DNA of 64,000 bases from positions 73,485 through 137,484 of the forward strand of contig JBBAPZ010000006.1 in NCBI GenBank assembly GCA_040400605.1, in the 5' to 3' direction. Numbering within the stretch: the stretch's first letter is position 1; each line of letters opens with the position of its first letter. The translations under genes were made by a program, and so were the position numbers. This document shows positions 1 through 10,215 of this stretch, one piece after another. A model generated the notes under the pieces. It searched no databases, was not told where the DNA came from, and saw only the letters and a list, made by a program, of their open reading frames with translations. The DNA is from Candidatus Sericytochromatia bacterium. Lineage in GTDB: Bacteria; Cyanobacteriota; Sericytochromatia; S15B-MN24; JAQBPE01.

Positions 1-92
1 GCGCTGTCGTTGCCAACCAGCGATGCGCTGTCGTTGCCAACCAGCGATGCACTGTCGTTGCCAACCAGCGATGCACTGTCGTTGCCGACGAG
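1..92 (-). repeat. 24-bp coding tandem repeat (at least 3.8 copies, truncated by window edge)
   Basis: gcRctgtcgttgccaaccagcgat at 1-24, 25-48 and 49-72, partial copy at 73-92; no spacers. Confidence 0.95.
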
Positions 93-404
93 GCGCCCAC
101 CACCCATGACGATGGTGGCTCCGACAACTTTGTCGTTTTCGCGTCGCACAATTACGTTACCGCTGCGAACACCTGCTGCGTAGCCCGCATCGATTGTTAC
201 GCGCCCCGAGACTCGGAAATGTTTGTCACCAGGGGGTCTTAACAGTTGGAACCTGGCTTGATTGGCAGGCGCACTTGGCTTGCTGGATACGTTTGACCGG
301 GCTTGGGGTGCGAGCCGACTGGATGGGGGAGGCGCTTGATTGGAGCATGCCTGCAGCTCACTGAGCGTTGCCAGGATGATCAGCGTCAATGCGGATGCGC
401 GCAA
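1..404 (-). CDS. Lipoprotein with LVGNDSAS octapeptide repeats (partial; runs off the left edge; absent from ORF track)
   Basis: Manual translation: TTG at 404 with GGAGA 6 nt upstream gives MRASALTLIILATLSELQA-CSNQAPP (lipobox-like). Frame is open to base 1 and ends ...MGGGRLVGNDSASLVGNDSASLVGNDSASLVGNDS. Confidence 0.8.
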   Translation of the reverse strand, partial: MRASALTLIILATLSELQACSNQAPPPSSRLAPQARSNVSSKPSAPANQARFQLLRPPGDKHFRVSGRVTIDAGYAAGVRSGNVIVRRENDKVVGATIVMGGGRLVGNDSASLVGNDSASLVGNDSASLVGNDS

Positions 405-804
405 TCTGTGTCTCCGAGACAGTAAGCGTGGCGGTTGCCTGTTGACCTTCCGTCACCCGCTTGGATGGCTCAGACGGCAAAACAAGTTTTTGGTGGGGCG
501 TTGAATCAGCTGTTGATGGTTTGGTTCGCAAAAGCCAGGTACCAATGGAGTCAGACAAAAAACCCTTTTCGGGGGGTCTGGGCTGCCAGGTTCTGTATAC
601 CCCGGTTTGACGGTTTTATTGCTGGGTTGGTTCAGGTTGTGCATCGTTATGGTGAGTTGTGTTGATGCGTTCGTAGCGGGGTATGGTTACCGCCTCAATC
701 CAGCGCCGAATGGCGACCTTGATTGAGCCAAAATTGATTGAGGTAGACAAACGTCTAGGGGCTGCCTGGATTCAGACAGCCCCTAGAACCCAAAGTGAAG
801 GTGT

Positions 805-1797
805 TCAGATCGAGACGGCGAACAAATGGGCGATCGCCTGTTTTTCTTCGAAAAGCTCTTCGTAGGTTGCGCGCATTCTTCCTCGACTGAAGTCGCTGAT
901 GGCGAGATTGGACACAATGGTGTATTCACCGTTTTGGCAAGTCACCGGGAACCCGTAGATGACCCCTGTCGGAATCCCATAGGAGCCGTCTGACGGGATT
1001 CCCATCGTCACCCAGTCATCCGCCGGCGTGCCTAAAACCCAGTCGCGCACGTGATCGATCGCGGCATTGGCCGCTGACGCAGCCGAAGACAACCCACGCG
1101 CCGCGATGATTGCCGCGCCACGCTTTTGAACGGTTGGAATGAACTCATCCGTGAGCCAGGCGTCTTCTTGAATGTCAAAGGTGCCACCACTGTGTTTGGC
1201 GTAAAATACATCCGGATATTGTGTCGCAGAATGATTACCCCAAACGGTAACTTGACGGATGTCTTTCACGGGCACATCAAAACGTTTGGCAAGTTGCGAC
1301 ATGGCACGGTTGTGGTCGAGTCGCATCATCGCCGTAAAATTTTTGGCGGGTAAATCCGGCGCGTTTTGTTGAGCAATCAACGCATTGGTGTTGGCTGGGT
1401 TACCAACAACCAGCACCTTGACACTACGACGGGCAACCGCATTCAAAGCACGCCCTTGCACCGAGAACACTTCCGCATTCGCTTCCAGCAAGTCTTTGCG
1501 CTCCATTCCCGGCCCACGAGGGCGTGCACCAACCAGGAGCGCATAGTCTGCATCCTTAAACGCCACCATCGGGTCGTCTGTCGCAACCATGCCAGCCAGC
1601 AATGGGAACGAACAATCATCCAGTTCCATTATGACGCCTTGCAAAGCAGCTTGGGATTTTTCGTTGGGCAATTCAAGCAGTTGCAAGATGACTGGCTGAT
1701 CCAACCCCAGCATGTCACCATTGGCAATTCGAAACAGTAGACTGTAGCCGATCTGGCCGGCCGCGCCGGTCACGGCAACTCGAACAGGTGCTTTCAT
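805..1797 (-). CDS. mdh: Malate dehydrogenase (MDH type 2)
   Basis: [54 protein letters not shown] motifs. Confidence 0.97.
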   Translation of the reverse strand: MKAPVRVAVTGAAGQIGYSLLFRIANGDMLGLDQPVILQLLELPNEKSQAALQGVIMELDDCSFPLLAGMVATDDPMVAFKDADYALLVGARPRGPGMERKDLLEANAEVFSVQGRALNAVARRSVKVLVVGNPANTNALIAQQNAPDLPAKNFTAMMRLDHNRAMSQLAKRFDVPVKDIRQVTVWGNHSATQYPDVFYAKHSGGTFDIQEDAWLTDEFIPTVQKRGAAIIAARGLSSAASAANAAIDHVRDWVLGTPADDWVTMGIPSDGSYGIPTGVIYGFPVTCQNGEYTIVSNLAISDFSRGRMRATYEELFEEKQAIAHLFAVSI

Positions 1798-1996
1798 TGT
1801 TGTTTCGCTCCCATGTCACTCGCGGTCAGCAACCGCCTGTTGAATCCCGCCTCGGAAGAACCTGGGCCACCCCGCTGCAGAACCCTCGCACAGCCGTCAT
1901 TGGCGATGCAAACCTTTACGGGCCAAGTGTAACACGTTGCCCATTCCATTGTCGTCTGTACCCTCAACAGACAATGCAAGCGCCACGAGAAGCTGG

Positions 1997-3238
1997 TCAG
2001 GTACGGCGTTCTTGCAAGCGCTGCGCGATTCCGAGAACCACAACCCCCATCAGCAGGTACAAAGCGGTGAAGTCGAAACACCAGTGCGGATTTTTCTCAT
2101 AGAGCCAAGGCGTAACCAGCGCACCAGCCAGTGCACCCAGTGTACGGATACTGGTCACCAATCCGATGATTCGGCCCCGCTCGTTGTCAGGGGCGACCAT
2201 GAGGGTGAGGGCGCTGATTGCCGGATAGGCGAACGCGAACCCGATGCCCTCCAAAAAACAGAGACCAAGCAACGCGGAGACATCCGAGACGCGTATGTAA
2301 CCCGTTACCATGACGGCAGAAGTAACCCCACCCGCGATCGCGAACACAATCGGGTTCCAGCGATCGATCAGCCGCCCGGCCCAACTCGCCAGAATCACCG
2401 CCGGAACCGCAAACAGGGTCCAACTCAAACTCACTTCCCACGTGCTCGCGCCCATGCGCTGCATAAACAACGGCCAAACCGTGAAATACATCCCGTTCGC
2501 AAAACCACCTGACGAAGCGCGAAAAGCCACTGCGCCCAGCAATAACGTCTGCGACACCCCTGATTGCGTTTCACGCACTTCCAAGGCGACTGCACGCGTT
2601 GGTTCAGGCATACCGAAAACCAGCGTGCCAGCCAACATGCATACCCCGAACAGCACCAGGAACAAAGTGGGCATTCCCCACTGATTTTGAATCATTCCGC
2701 CAATGGCTGGCCCCAGCAACAATCCCAGATTTTCACTCGCCGACAGTTGCCCGAGGCGCAAACCACGCTCACCGGAGGGATAGTGGTGAGCGACGTAGGC
2801 CAGGGCAGCTGGCAAAAAAAAGGCGGCCGCAATGCCTTCCATGCCACGTAACCAGATGAACGCCACAGGATTGGGCCAAAGGTAAAAGCCCAAAGAGCAC
2901 AACGCATACGTGATGAGGCCCATCAGCATCATCGGGCGAGTACCGACGCGATCCGACAAACGCCCCGAACCATAAGAAAACAACAGCTGTGTGCCTAAAA
3001 ACGCGGCACTCATCCAACCAACCGCCATCAAACTGGCACCGGACTGCGCTGCATAGAGGGGCAAAAGCGGGATGATGGCAGTCGCTGTCAGTGAAGCCGC
3101 CAGTGTTAACCACCAAACACGACCCGCACGCCCGGCAGGGACATGATCACCTAAAAAACGAAGCCACGCCCGCCAGTTGCGATTCAGGTGGTCGCCAACC
3201 CAAGCAAGCACCTGAATCCGTCCCTCAGTCGCGCTCAT
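1997..3238 (-). CDS. MFS transporter (drug:H+ antiporter-like)
   Basis: About 12 hydrophobic segments; motif A GRLSDRVGTR and GRLIDRWN. Confidence 0.9.
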   Translation of the reverse strand: MSATEGRIQVLAWVGDHLNRNWRAWLRFLGDHVPAGRAGRVWWLTLAASLTATAIIPLLPLYAAQSGASLMAVGWMSAAFLGTQLLFSYGSGRLSDRVGTRPMMLMGLITYALCSLGFYLWPNPVAFIWLRGMEGIAAAFFLPAALAYVAHHYPSGERGLRLGQLSASENLGLLLGPAIGGMIQNQWGMPTLFLVLFGVCMLAGTLVFGMPEPTRAVALEVRETQSGVSQTLLLGAVAFRASSGGFANGMYFTVWPLFMQRMGASTWEVSLSWTLFAVPAVILASWAGRLIDRWNPIVFAIAGGVTSAVMVTGYIRVSDVSALLGLCFLEGIGFAFAYPAISALTLMVAPDNERGRIIGLVTSIRTLGALAGALVTPWLYEKNPHWCFDFTALYLLMGVVVLGIAQRLQERRT

Positions 3239-3824
3239 CGCCGGAAGTCGGGTTCGGCACTTCGGCGGGCTTACCGGAATTGTGACTGACCGTGTTCCAA
3301 AGTGTAACCATAACCCGTGGCGAAATGGCGGGGTCCACCCCGTTCAGAAACGGATGGTGAAGGCTGATTTCGATTTGCGCATTGCCAAGACGCGCAAACG
3401 GTGGCGCAATCGCGACGTAGGGCTCCACAAGGAACCCGAGGGAATTGGCAAATTTAAGCGTATTGGTGCTCGGATTATCCGTGGTAATCTGCCGAAACCA
3501 ATGACCGCTCACCGTTGATCCCATTCGCAACCAGCCAAGATTTGCCATCAGCCCCAATGCCAAGCCACTGGTTTCGTAAACGTATAGCCGGTTTGGCGCC
3601 AACGCCTGTGAACGACTTTCAAGGTCCAGCGTCGCCGCAAGCGGTTGAATGGGCAGGGCCAGCCTAAATTTGAGTGCTGTTGACCCTTGCATGACCGGAA
3701 ACTGTTGCAATTGCCCAAAACCATAAGCCACGCCCGTTTCGAGTCCCGCATCAGCCGCTTCGGCAAACAAACCGAGACTCACGAACAAGCTCAAATAAGC
3801 AATGGGCCACTTCCAGTGGAGCAT
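3225..3824 (-). CDS. Hypothetical exported protein (beta-rich)
   Basis: Signal-peptide-like MLHWKWPIAYLSLFVSLGLFAEA; overlaps the MFS start; start moved to ATG 3824. Confidence 0.6.
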   Translation of the reverse strand: MLHWKWPIAYLSLFVSLGLFAEAADAGLETGVAYGFGQLQQFPVMQGSTALKFRLALPIQPLAATLDLESRSQALAPNRLYVYETSGLALGLMANLGWLRMGSTVSGHWFRQITTDNPSTNTLKFANSLGFLVEPYVAIAPPFARLGNAQIEISLHHPFLNGVDPAISPRVMVTLWNTVSHNSGKPAEVPNPTSGDERD

Positions 3825-4076
3825 GCGGGCACCCCTCGACCAGGAAAAATCCGTTGCCATTCAATACAACCGTCACGCTTGCCACTATAACAGAACCAAC
3901 GCACACGCGCTGGTTGAATGCCGACAGCCAAACCCATCAAGAATCACCGAACAGCTTTGTCAAGTCAGGTCACGCTGCTCGCCCGTCAGCCGTCGGCATC
4001 AGGCACCCCTGACACCGGCCGATCATGTGCCTTTGCTCGCCTGCGCGTGCTAAGATGACAAGGCGCAACCATTAGG

Positions 4077-4373
4077 GTGGGAGAATTGGGATTGTTGAGC
4101 GACGGATTGACGCAAGAAGAAGTTCTGGGCAAGTTGTATCGGGATTTTGCTCGTCTTGCTGGTGAGATAGCGTTGGACCGCTGCCGGCAGCGGGTCCTTC
4201 TGGGTATCGTCCGTGATCGTCTTGGTGTTGAAGAAGCTGAATTGGACAAACTGTTCAGAGAGGAGATCCAGTCCCATCTGGCCTTGTTCTGTGAAGACAT
4301 TACCGAGCCGATGCTTGCGGAGTTGCGTGAAGTGGATCGGCAAGCCGGATGCTGTGGGGGTCAAGCAAACTGA
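4077..4373 (+). CDS. Hypothetical acidic helical protein (98 aa)
   Basis: Fills the gap between flanking genes; protein-like composition; C-terminal GCCGG. Confidence 0.55.
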   Translation: MGELGLLSDGLTQEEVLGKLYRDFARLAGEIALDRCRQRVLLGIVRDRLGVEEAELDKLFREEIQSHLALFCEDITEPMLAELREVDRQAGCCGGQAN

Positions 4374-4410
4374 GCCCGAGCATCCCGCGAGGGGTCGCTG
4401 AACCAACCCC

Positions 4411-5382
4411 TCAAATGTAGCGGCGCCAACGGAAAAGCAAGAGCAGGCCAACGCTGCTCCCGACCATAAGAGTCAACGCCCACGCATAACCGTGTGACCA
4501 GTTCAGTTCCGGTATAGTCCTGAAATTCATGCCGTAGATGCCAGCCACGAGCGTCATGCTCCCCAAGATGGTGGAGATGACTGTCAATTTTTTCATTGTG
4601 TCATTGGTACGATTGGATACGACGCTTTGATAAGCGTCGAGAGTGTTGCTGATAAAGTCGCGTGTGATGTCGATGGTGTCGCTAATACGCAAGAGGTGGT
4701 CCAGAACGTCTTGAAAGTAAACGTAGTGGCGATCGCCAAACAGGGGATCGTCGCGTCTCACCATATACAGAAGCACATCTCGCAGCGGTGTCACCAGCCG
4801 ACGAAGTGTCAAAAGGTCCTTTTTAATCATGAAAATATGACTGAGCACCTGGGGATCGAACGCAACAAAAATACGGTTCTCCAATGACTCCATGGCGTCA
4901 CTGTAGACATCGAGGGTCGGAAAGTAGGTGTCCACAGCGGCATCGAGAACGCGGTAAAGCAAGGTTGAAATGGTGCTGTCGTGATCACCGTGGGGGTATG
5001 GCATCTCAATCAGTTGCGCGAGCAGGCAAGATTGCTGCCTCGTCACGGTCAAGACAAAGTGGTCGCCTGCAATGATGTTGATCTCACGCGCTTGAAGCGA
5101 CGTTCCGGGCTCAAACGGCAACAGTTCGTAAATCACCAGGTACAGATAATCGGGATGCCGTTCGATCTTCGGTCGCTGATGCGGGTTCAGGCAATCGGCA
5201 ATGGTCAATGGGTGTAAACCAAGGCACCCACCCAAAGCGTTCATGGTCTCTCGCGACAGATCACACGCGTGAAGCCAGATCGCCGTGCTTCGCGATGCGA
5301 TGCGTGAAGCCAGTTGCAAGGCATCATCCGGATTCTCCGGGTCGAAACTTTGACGCGTCTCCCCTTGAATGAGCTGTATCAC
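4411..5382 (-). CDS. corA: CorA-family Mg2+/Co2+ transporter
   Basis: GLHPLTIADC, QRPKIE and the signature GIYGMNF-x-IPEL between two C-terminal TM helices. Confidence 0.95.
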   Translation of the reverse strand: MIQLIQGETRQSFDPENPDDALQLASRIASRSTAIWLHACDLSRETMNALGGCLGLHPLTIADCLNPHQRPKIERHPDYLYLVIYELLPFEPGTSLQAREINIIAGDHFVLTVTRQQSCLLAQLIEMPYPHGDHDSTISTLLYRVLDAAVDTYFPTLDVYSDAMESLENRIFVAFDPQVLSHIFMIKKDLLTLRRLVTPLRDVLLYMVRRDDPLFGDRHYVYFQDVLDHLLRISDTIDITRDFISNTLDAYQSVVSNRTNDTMKKLTVISTILGSMTLVAGIYGMNFRTIPELNWSHGYAWALTLMVGSSVGLLLLFRWRRYI

Positions 5383-5469
5383 GTCAAATCCTCGACTGGG
5401 AAATCGCTACTTTTGTGTGAACGTGACCGGTACACTTGTTCTGAGGTCCTTCAAGCCTACCATGGAACC

Positions 5470-6762
5470 ATGTTGAAGTGGCTTCGTTCAAAAAGGTTGG
5501 GACTCGTGTTGACGATCTGGCGCGTATTGACCCGCGGCTTGATTCGAATCGTGGTTTTTGGCTTTTTCTATGCCGTGGGCCTGGCATTGATTGGGTCAAT
5601 GGGCATCTCGGTGCTGGTTGCTGCACCGTTGTCGGCATTGATTACGGGGGTTTTGTGCCTGATTTGGCTAGTCAATGAGCAGTCACGTCATCAACCACAC
5701 TCCCAGCACCTCAAAGCCTTGGAGCATTTTATGTCGGGCGTCGATCAAGTCGCCGACCCTGTACAATTGGCGTCATTGGTAGTCTACACGCTCCACCGTT
5801 CCTTGCGGCCCACGCACCTTTACTTATGGTTGCCGGCCCGAGAGAAGCGCGATTTCTACCTGGCGGCGGGACACGGTCCGGACCCGGAAAGCGCGCGTTT
5901 ACCGGAAGCGTGGTTGCAAGACTTTTTCGCGGCGCACTCAATGGCAAACGACGAAGGCATTGGCCTTGATGAGGACGCGGCCTATGCATTGTTGGCGGAT
6001 AACGTCGAGATGCAGCGATGGCTCTCCCAACGGCAGCTTTCCCTGTGTGTCCCGGTGCAGGCCTATGGTCGAATGGTTGGTTTATTGACGACCGGAAGCA
6101 AATTGGATGGTGGCGAGTTTGATGCACGTGACCGCTGGTTGCTGCAAACCGTGTTGCACGCGGCGGCGCAAGCCTTCTGCTTTGTGGGTCTTCAAAAAGA
6201 AGAAAAGCGCCGACGTTCCAGGATGGACAATTTGACGCACCTGTACCGCAGCGCCCAGAAAGCCGCGATTACGGACGGGTTGACGACACTCAACACCCAA
6301 GCGTTTTTCAAGGAACAAATGGCCAAGCGCTTTAGCGAAGCCAAACGCTACGGGGTGCCCCTTACGGTGATGATGCTGGACATTGACCATTTCAAGAAAT
6401 TCAATGACACCTACGGGCATCCACTTGGCGATGAGGTTTTGGCCAAGGTTGCGCAGGTGGTCAAGCAGGAAGCGCGGGTGGCTGACACAGTGGCGCGGTA
6501 CGGCGGTGAGGAGTTTGCACTGGTTTTGCCGCAGACGGATTTGCCCGGCGCACGCATCCTGGCTGAACGCATCCGGAAGCGCATTGAACAGATCGAGATT
6601 GTCGATACCAAAGGACGGAAGTTACCGTCAGTCTCTGCCAGCATCGGACTCGCCGCGCTCGAACGTGGCGACGAAGCGCCGGCAACCTTGATTGAAAGAG
6701 CCGACCAGGCGCTGTACAGCGCCAAGCGACAAGGGCGCAACCAAGTCATTGAGGCCAGATAG
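5470..6762 (+). CDS. Membrane-anchored GAF-GGDEF diguanylate cyclase
   Basis: N-terminal TM helices, GAF-like middle, TDGLT, DIDHFKKFNDTYGH, RVAD I-site, RYGGEEF. Start moved to ATG 5470 to avoid overlapping corA. Confidence 0.92.
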   Translation: MLKWLRSKRLGLVLTIWRVLTRGLIRIVVFGFFYAVGLALIGSMGISVLVAAPLSALITGVLCLIWLVNEQSRHQPHSQHLKALEHFMSGVDQVADPVQLASLVVYTLHRSLRPTHLYLWLPAREKRDFYLAAGHGPDPESARLPEAWLQDFFAAHSMANDEGIGLDEDAAYALLADNVEMQRWLSQRQLSLCVPVQAYGRMVGLLTTGSKLDGGEFDARDRWLLQTVLHAAAQAFCFVGLQKEEKRRRSRMDNLTHLYRSAQKAAITDGLTTLNTQAFFKEQMAKRFSEAKRYGVPLTVMMLDIDHFKKFNDTYGHPLGDEVLAKVAQVVKQEARVADTVARYGGEEFALVLPQTDLPGARILAERIRKRIEQIEIVDTKGRKLPSVSASIGLAALERGDEAPATLIERADQALYSAKRQGRNQVIEAR

Positions 6763-6842
6763 ACGCTCCGTTTAAATGCAGTGAAATCCAACGGCGCTTG
6801 AAACCCAAACCCGAGCTCACGACGGCAAGCAACGCATGGATG

Positions 6843-7943
6843 TTAAACAACGTGAAACGGGTCCCGCTGCAACAAGGGAGAAACTGGCACGTTGGCACCC
6901 AGATGTTGGCTCAGGTGGGCTGCCAAATAGGGCACGACCGGTTGTTCGGAGCCGATGTGTCCCACTTCGATGAAACTGAGGCCGCAGGCCAAACCATCCA
7001 GCGCGGCATGGTGTCTGATTTCACCCGTGATATAAACATCGGCACCTGCCCGGCGCGCTTCTTGGAAATAATCACCACCACTGCCGCCAAGCCAGGCAAC
7101 CTGACGAATCAGGCGATCGCGATCACCCACGTATCGCACGTGGCTGACACCCAACGCGTGCTTGACCCGACGCGCAAAATCCTCAAGCGACTCGGGTTCT
7201 GCCAACTCGCCAACAAGGCCCCAACCCTCGGGAACACCCATGCGCTGGAGTTCGATCAGCTCATAGGCCGGAACATCGTAAGGATGAGATTGGTGAAGTG
7301 CCTGCAAGGCATCTTGAACGCATGAATCGGTGATGAGGCATTCGAAGCGGATCGCTTGCATGTGGGTGTCGGCACCGGCTGCACCGGTATGAGGCGTGGC
7401 ACGCGCACCTGGTTGAAAATATTCCTGCGTTTCCCATTGATAACCGGCACGGGAATAGTTGTCGCTGACACCAGCGCCAACGGCCCACAAGGCCTCACGA
7501 ACGGCCTCAATGTGGGTGTGAGGGACGAATACACCAAGTTTATACACTTTTTGCTGACCGGTTTGGTGTAGCAGGCGTGTGCCTTGCAGGCCGAGACGCT
7601 CCGCCAACGCGTGGTTCACGGCGGTTGCATCAAGGTTGGTGTGGGCAGCGTAAATGGTGAGGCCATGCCGGATGGCTTTGGCGACACTCAGCCCTGGCTC
7701 CGTATTCAGATCGAGGCGTCTGGGTGCCTTAAACAAAAGCGGATGATGGGTGACAAGCAGGTTGGCACCCAAACCCAATGCTTCCTCAATTGCTGCGTGG
7801 GTCGGGTCAACTGCAACGGCGATGCCCTTGAGTGCCTGGGCTGTGTCACCCACCTGCAAGCCACAATTATCCCAATCGGCAGCAAGCCGCAAGGGCGACA
7901 AGGCTTCGATGACGGCAATCGCTTGGGCAATGGTGGTACTCAC
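6843..7943 (-). CDS. Nif3-like dinuclear metal-centre protein (YqfO type, with PII-like insert)
   Basis: WDNCGLQVG, THHPLLF, AHTNLD, HPYDVPAY, GEIRHH, GHIGSE. Confidence 0.93.
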   Translation of the reverse strand: MSTTIAQAIAVIEALSPLRLAADWDNCGLQVGDTAQALKGIAVAVDPTHAAIEEALGLGANLLVTHHPLLFKAPRRLDLNTEPGLSVAKAIRHGLTIYAAHTNLDATAVNHALAERLGLQGTRLLHQTGQQKVYKLGVFVPHTHIEAVREALWAVGAGVSDNYSRAGYQWETQEYFQPGARATPHTGAAGADTHMQAIRFECLITDSCVQDALQALHQSHPYDVPAYELIELQRMGVPEGWGLVGELAEPESLEDFARRVKHALGVSHVRYVGDRDRLIRQVAWLGGSGGDYFQEARRAGADVYITGEIRHHAALDGLACGLSFIEVGHIGSEQPVVPYLAAHLSQHLGANVPVSPLLQRDPFHVV

Positions 7944-8196
7944 GCTGTTTACTCGCTTTCGTATCTTGTTACGTCAATCGCGATCATTTTATCGATAACG
8001 GGAGGCGAACAACCGAACGCCTGTTTTGAGTGACGGTTTTGAACTGGTTCCAATGATTGTCGAGCAACCGTCGACACAAGCGTTTGGCACCTCTGCCAAG
8101 GGCTTCCTCAACCAATTGTATCGTTTCCGCCATTTGACACGGGCCGATCCCGCAATGCTTCGACTTCCCGGTGGCGCGCGCGATGTATGTTAAAAT

Positions 8197-8282
8197 CATT
8201 GACGGGACCTTGGCGCCATTTTAGGGGACCGCAGCCCCGTCGGCAACTTTGACTGGCCGGGGCTTTGGGGTTTGCGTCATTG
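8197..8282 (+). promoter_or_regulatory. Candidate structured 5' leader of miaB
   Basis: TG-T-TAAAAT extended -10 at 8188-8196. 8197-8213 can pair with 8265-8282 (many G-U pairs); inner stem AGCCCCG/CGGGGCT at 8233-8264; SD AAGGAG follows immediately. Confidence 0.35.
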
Positions 8283-8297
8283 AAGGAGTAAGGGTTC

Positions 8298-9617
8298 GTG
8301 TCGAAGCACGTGTATTTGAAAACCTATGGTTGTCAGATGAATCTGAACGATTCGGAGCGCATGTTGGGGATGCTCGCGCAAATGGGCTATCAACCAACGA
8401 ATGATGCGTTCAGTGCGGACTTTTTACTGTTGAATACTTGCGCCATTCGAGAAAAAGCGGAAGACAAGCTGTTCAGTCGTCTGGGCGAACTGAAAGAGAT
8501 TAAGCACCTGAAGCCAGGCGTCTTGATTGGTGTGGCTGGTTGTGTGGCCCAGCACATGGGCGAACGCATTCGCACCAGGGCCCCATATGTCGATCTCGTT
8601 TTTGGCACGGAAAACATTCACGAATTGCCAGAATTGGTTGCGCGTGTCGAGCGATCGTTAGAACCGGTCGTATCGATTATGCCGTTTAGTGACGAATTGC
8701 CTCCGGAGATGCCGGTTTTGCGGCAAGGGCGTCACAGTGCCTGGATTACTGCCATTTATGGTTGTAATGACCGCTGTACGTATTGCATCGTGCCGTCGGT
8801 GCGTGGGGATCAGAAAAGCCGCGCCATTGCAGACATCGTGCAAGAGGTAAAACGGGTTGTGGCGGAGGGATTTTCAGAGGCGGTGCTCCTTGGCCAAAAC
8901 ATTAACGGTTACGGCAAGGATCTGACGCCCAAGTCATCATTGGCGGACCTCATCGAGGCGGTTGCAATCATACCTGGCGTCAAGCGGGTTCGATGGTTGA
9001 CCGGACATCCCCGTGACCTGGATGAGGAGCTCTTGCTGCGAATCAAAGGCTATCCCAATGTCTGCGATTACTTTCATATTCCCATTCAGCATGGCGACTC
9101 TGATATCTTGCGGCAAATGGCACGCGGTTATACGCGGGAGAAGTACCTCAAACTGGTGTCGTTGATCCGTTCGCATTTTCCAGAGGCGGGCATCAGCACG
9201 GACCTGATTGTGGGGTTTCCCTCAGAAACGGAAGAGCAGTTTCAGCAAACCCTGGCAATCGTTCGCGAGGTTCGCTTTGCTGCCGTCAATACGGCCGCTT
9301 ATTCGGCTCGCCCCGGTACCTACGCCGCCACACGAGCGGATCAGGTGCCCGAAGCGGTCAAGGATCGCCGGCTGCGCGAACTGAACGAAGTCGTTAACGA
9401 AGTGGCCGCAAGCGTCAGCCGCGCGATGGTGGGGACTGTGCAAGAAGTGATGGTCGAAGGACCCTCGCCACGCAACCCGCACGTGCTGCAGGGCCGGTGT
9501 CGTAACAACCGCATCGTGTTGTTCACGGGGCCCGCTCAACTGGAAGGTCAATTGTGTCAGCTACGGATCACGGAAGCACGCGCCTGGACACTCAGGGGTG
9601 AACTGGCATCCGGCTAA
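8298..9617 (+). CDS. miaB: tRNA-2-methylthio-N6-dimethylallyladenosine synthase
   Basis: TYGCQMN, NTCAIREKAE, GCVAQ, CNDRCTYC radical SAM motif, C-terminal TRAM domain. Confidence 0.97.
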   Translation: MSKHVYLKTYGCQMNLNDSERMLGMLAQMGYQPTNDAFSADFLLLNTCAIREKAEDKLFSRLGELKEIKHLKPGVLIGVAGCVAQHMGERIRTRAPYVDLVFGTENIHELPELVARVERSLEPVVSIMPFSDELPPEMPVLRQGRHSAWITAIYGCNDRCTYCIVPSVRGDQKSRAIADIVQEVKRVVAEGFSEAVLLGQNINGYGKDLTPKSSLADLIEAVAIIPGVKRVRWLTGHPRDLDEELLLRIKGYPNVCDYFHIPIQHGDSDILRQMARGYTREKYLKLVSLIRSHFPEAGISTDLIVGFPSETEEQFQQTLAIVREVRFAAVNTAAYSARPGTYAATRADQVPEAVKDRRLRELNEVVNEVAASVSRAMVGTVQEVMVEGPSPRNPHVLQGRCRNNRIVLFTGPAQLEGQLCQLRITEARAWTLRGELASG

Positions 9618-9646
9618 GGCAGCCAGACCACGCCAAGCATTAGCGC

Positions 9647-9687
9647 CTGTCGGCACGAACGTTTAAAACAATCGTTCGTGCCGACAG
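9647..9687. terminator. Perfect 15-bp inverted repeat after miaB (probable terminator)
   Basis: CTGTCGGCACGAACG-N11-CGTTCGTGCCGACAG; no clear U-tract. Confidence 0.6.
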
Positions 9688-10215
9688 ACATTCGCAGAAT
9701 ACTTGAATCCCGCCTGCCATAAACGTCAGGTGTGCACGGTTTGCTTGCCGAGACGGAGCGTTTCCCGGATCGCTTCTTCGACACGTCATTACGTCAAATG
9801 GTGCTCAAAACGCCATTGTGAGGCTTGTTTGATGCTGCTTCGCGTGAAGACCGAATTCGCCTGTTCCCTGGAAAAAGATTTTCACTGACAAGACAGTGAC
9901 TTAATTTCCGGGATTTCCAACCCCGAACAGTCGACCATTCTCGGATTAAATCGTTATTTTTAACGGGCCGCCGACCGATTTTCCGGAACTTCCCGCAATG
10001 GGAGGTCAGCAATAACCCGACAACAACAAACGACGCGTGAATGGGCAAAGTCAGCAACCCACTCACACGTCGCACTTGTTATTCGAAAACGCCTTGATTG
10101 GTGATCAATATTTTCAACTGGCGCGGTACATCAACAACGTCGTTTTTGGTGCTTGGCATGTGTGCTACAAGTTACAGACCGCACCTAGTGCCTCACCGTT
10201 TGATACGCGCACCCG

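Noticed and set aside
1..92. CRISPR array
   Set aside because: 24-bp units are directly adjacent with no spacers, vary only synonymously and lie in an open frame.
9690..10215. ncRNA or small gene between miaB and the lipoprotein
   Set aside because: Short ORFs lack RBS and protein-like character; no known RNA motif recognised. An unknown sRNA cannot be excluded.
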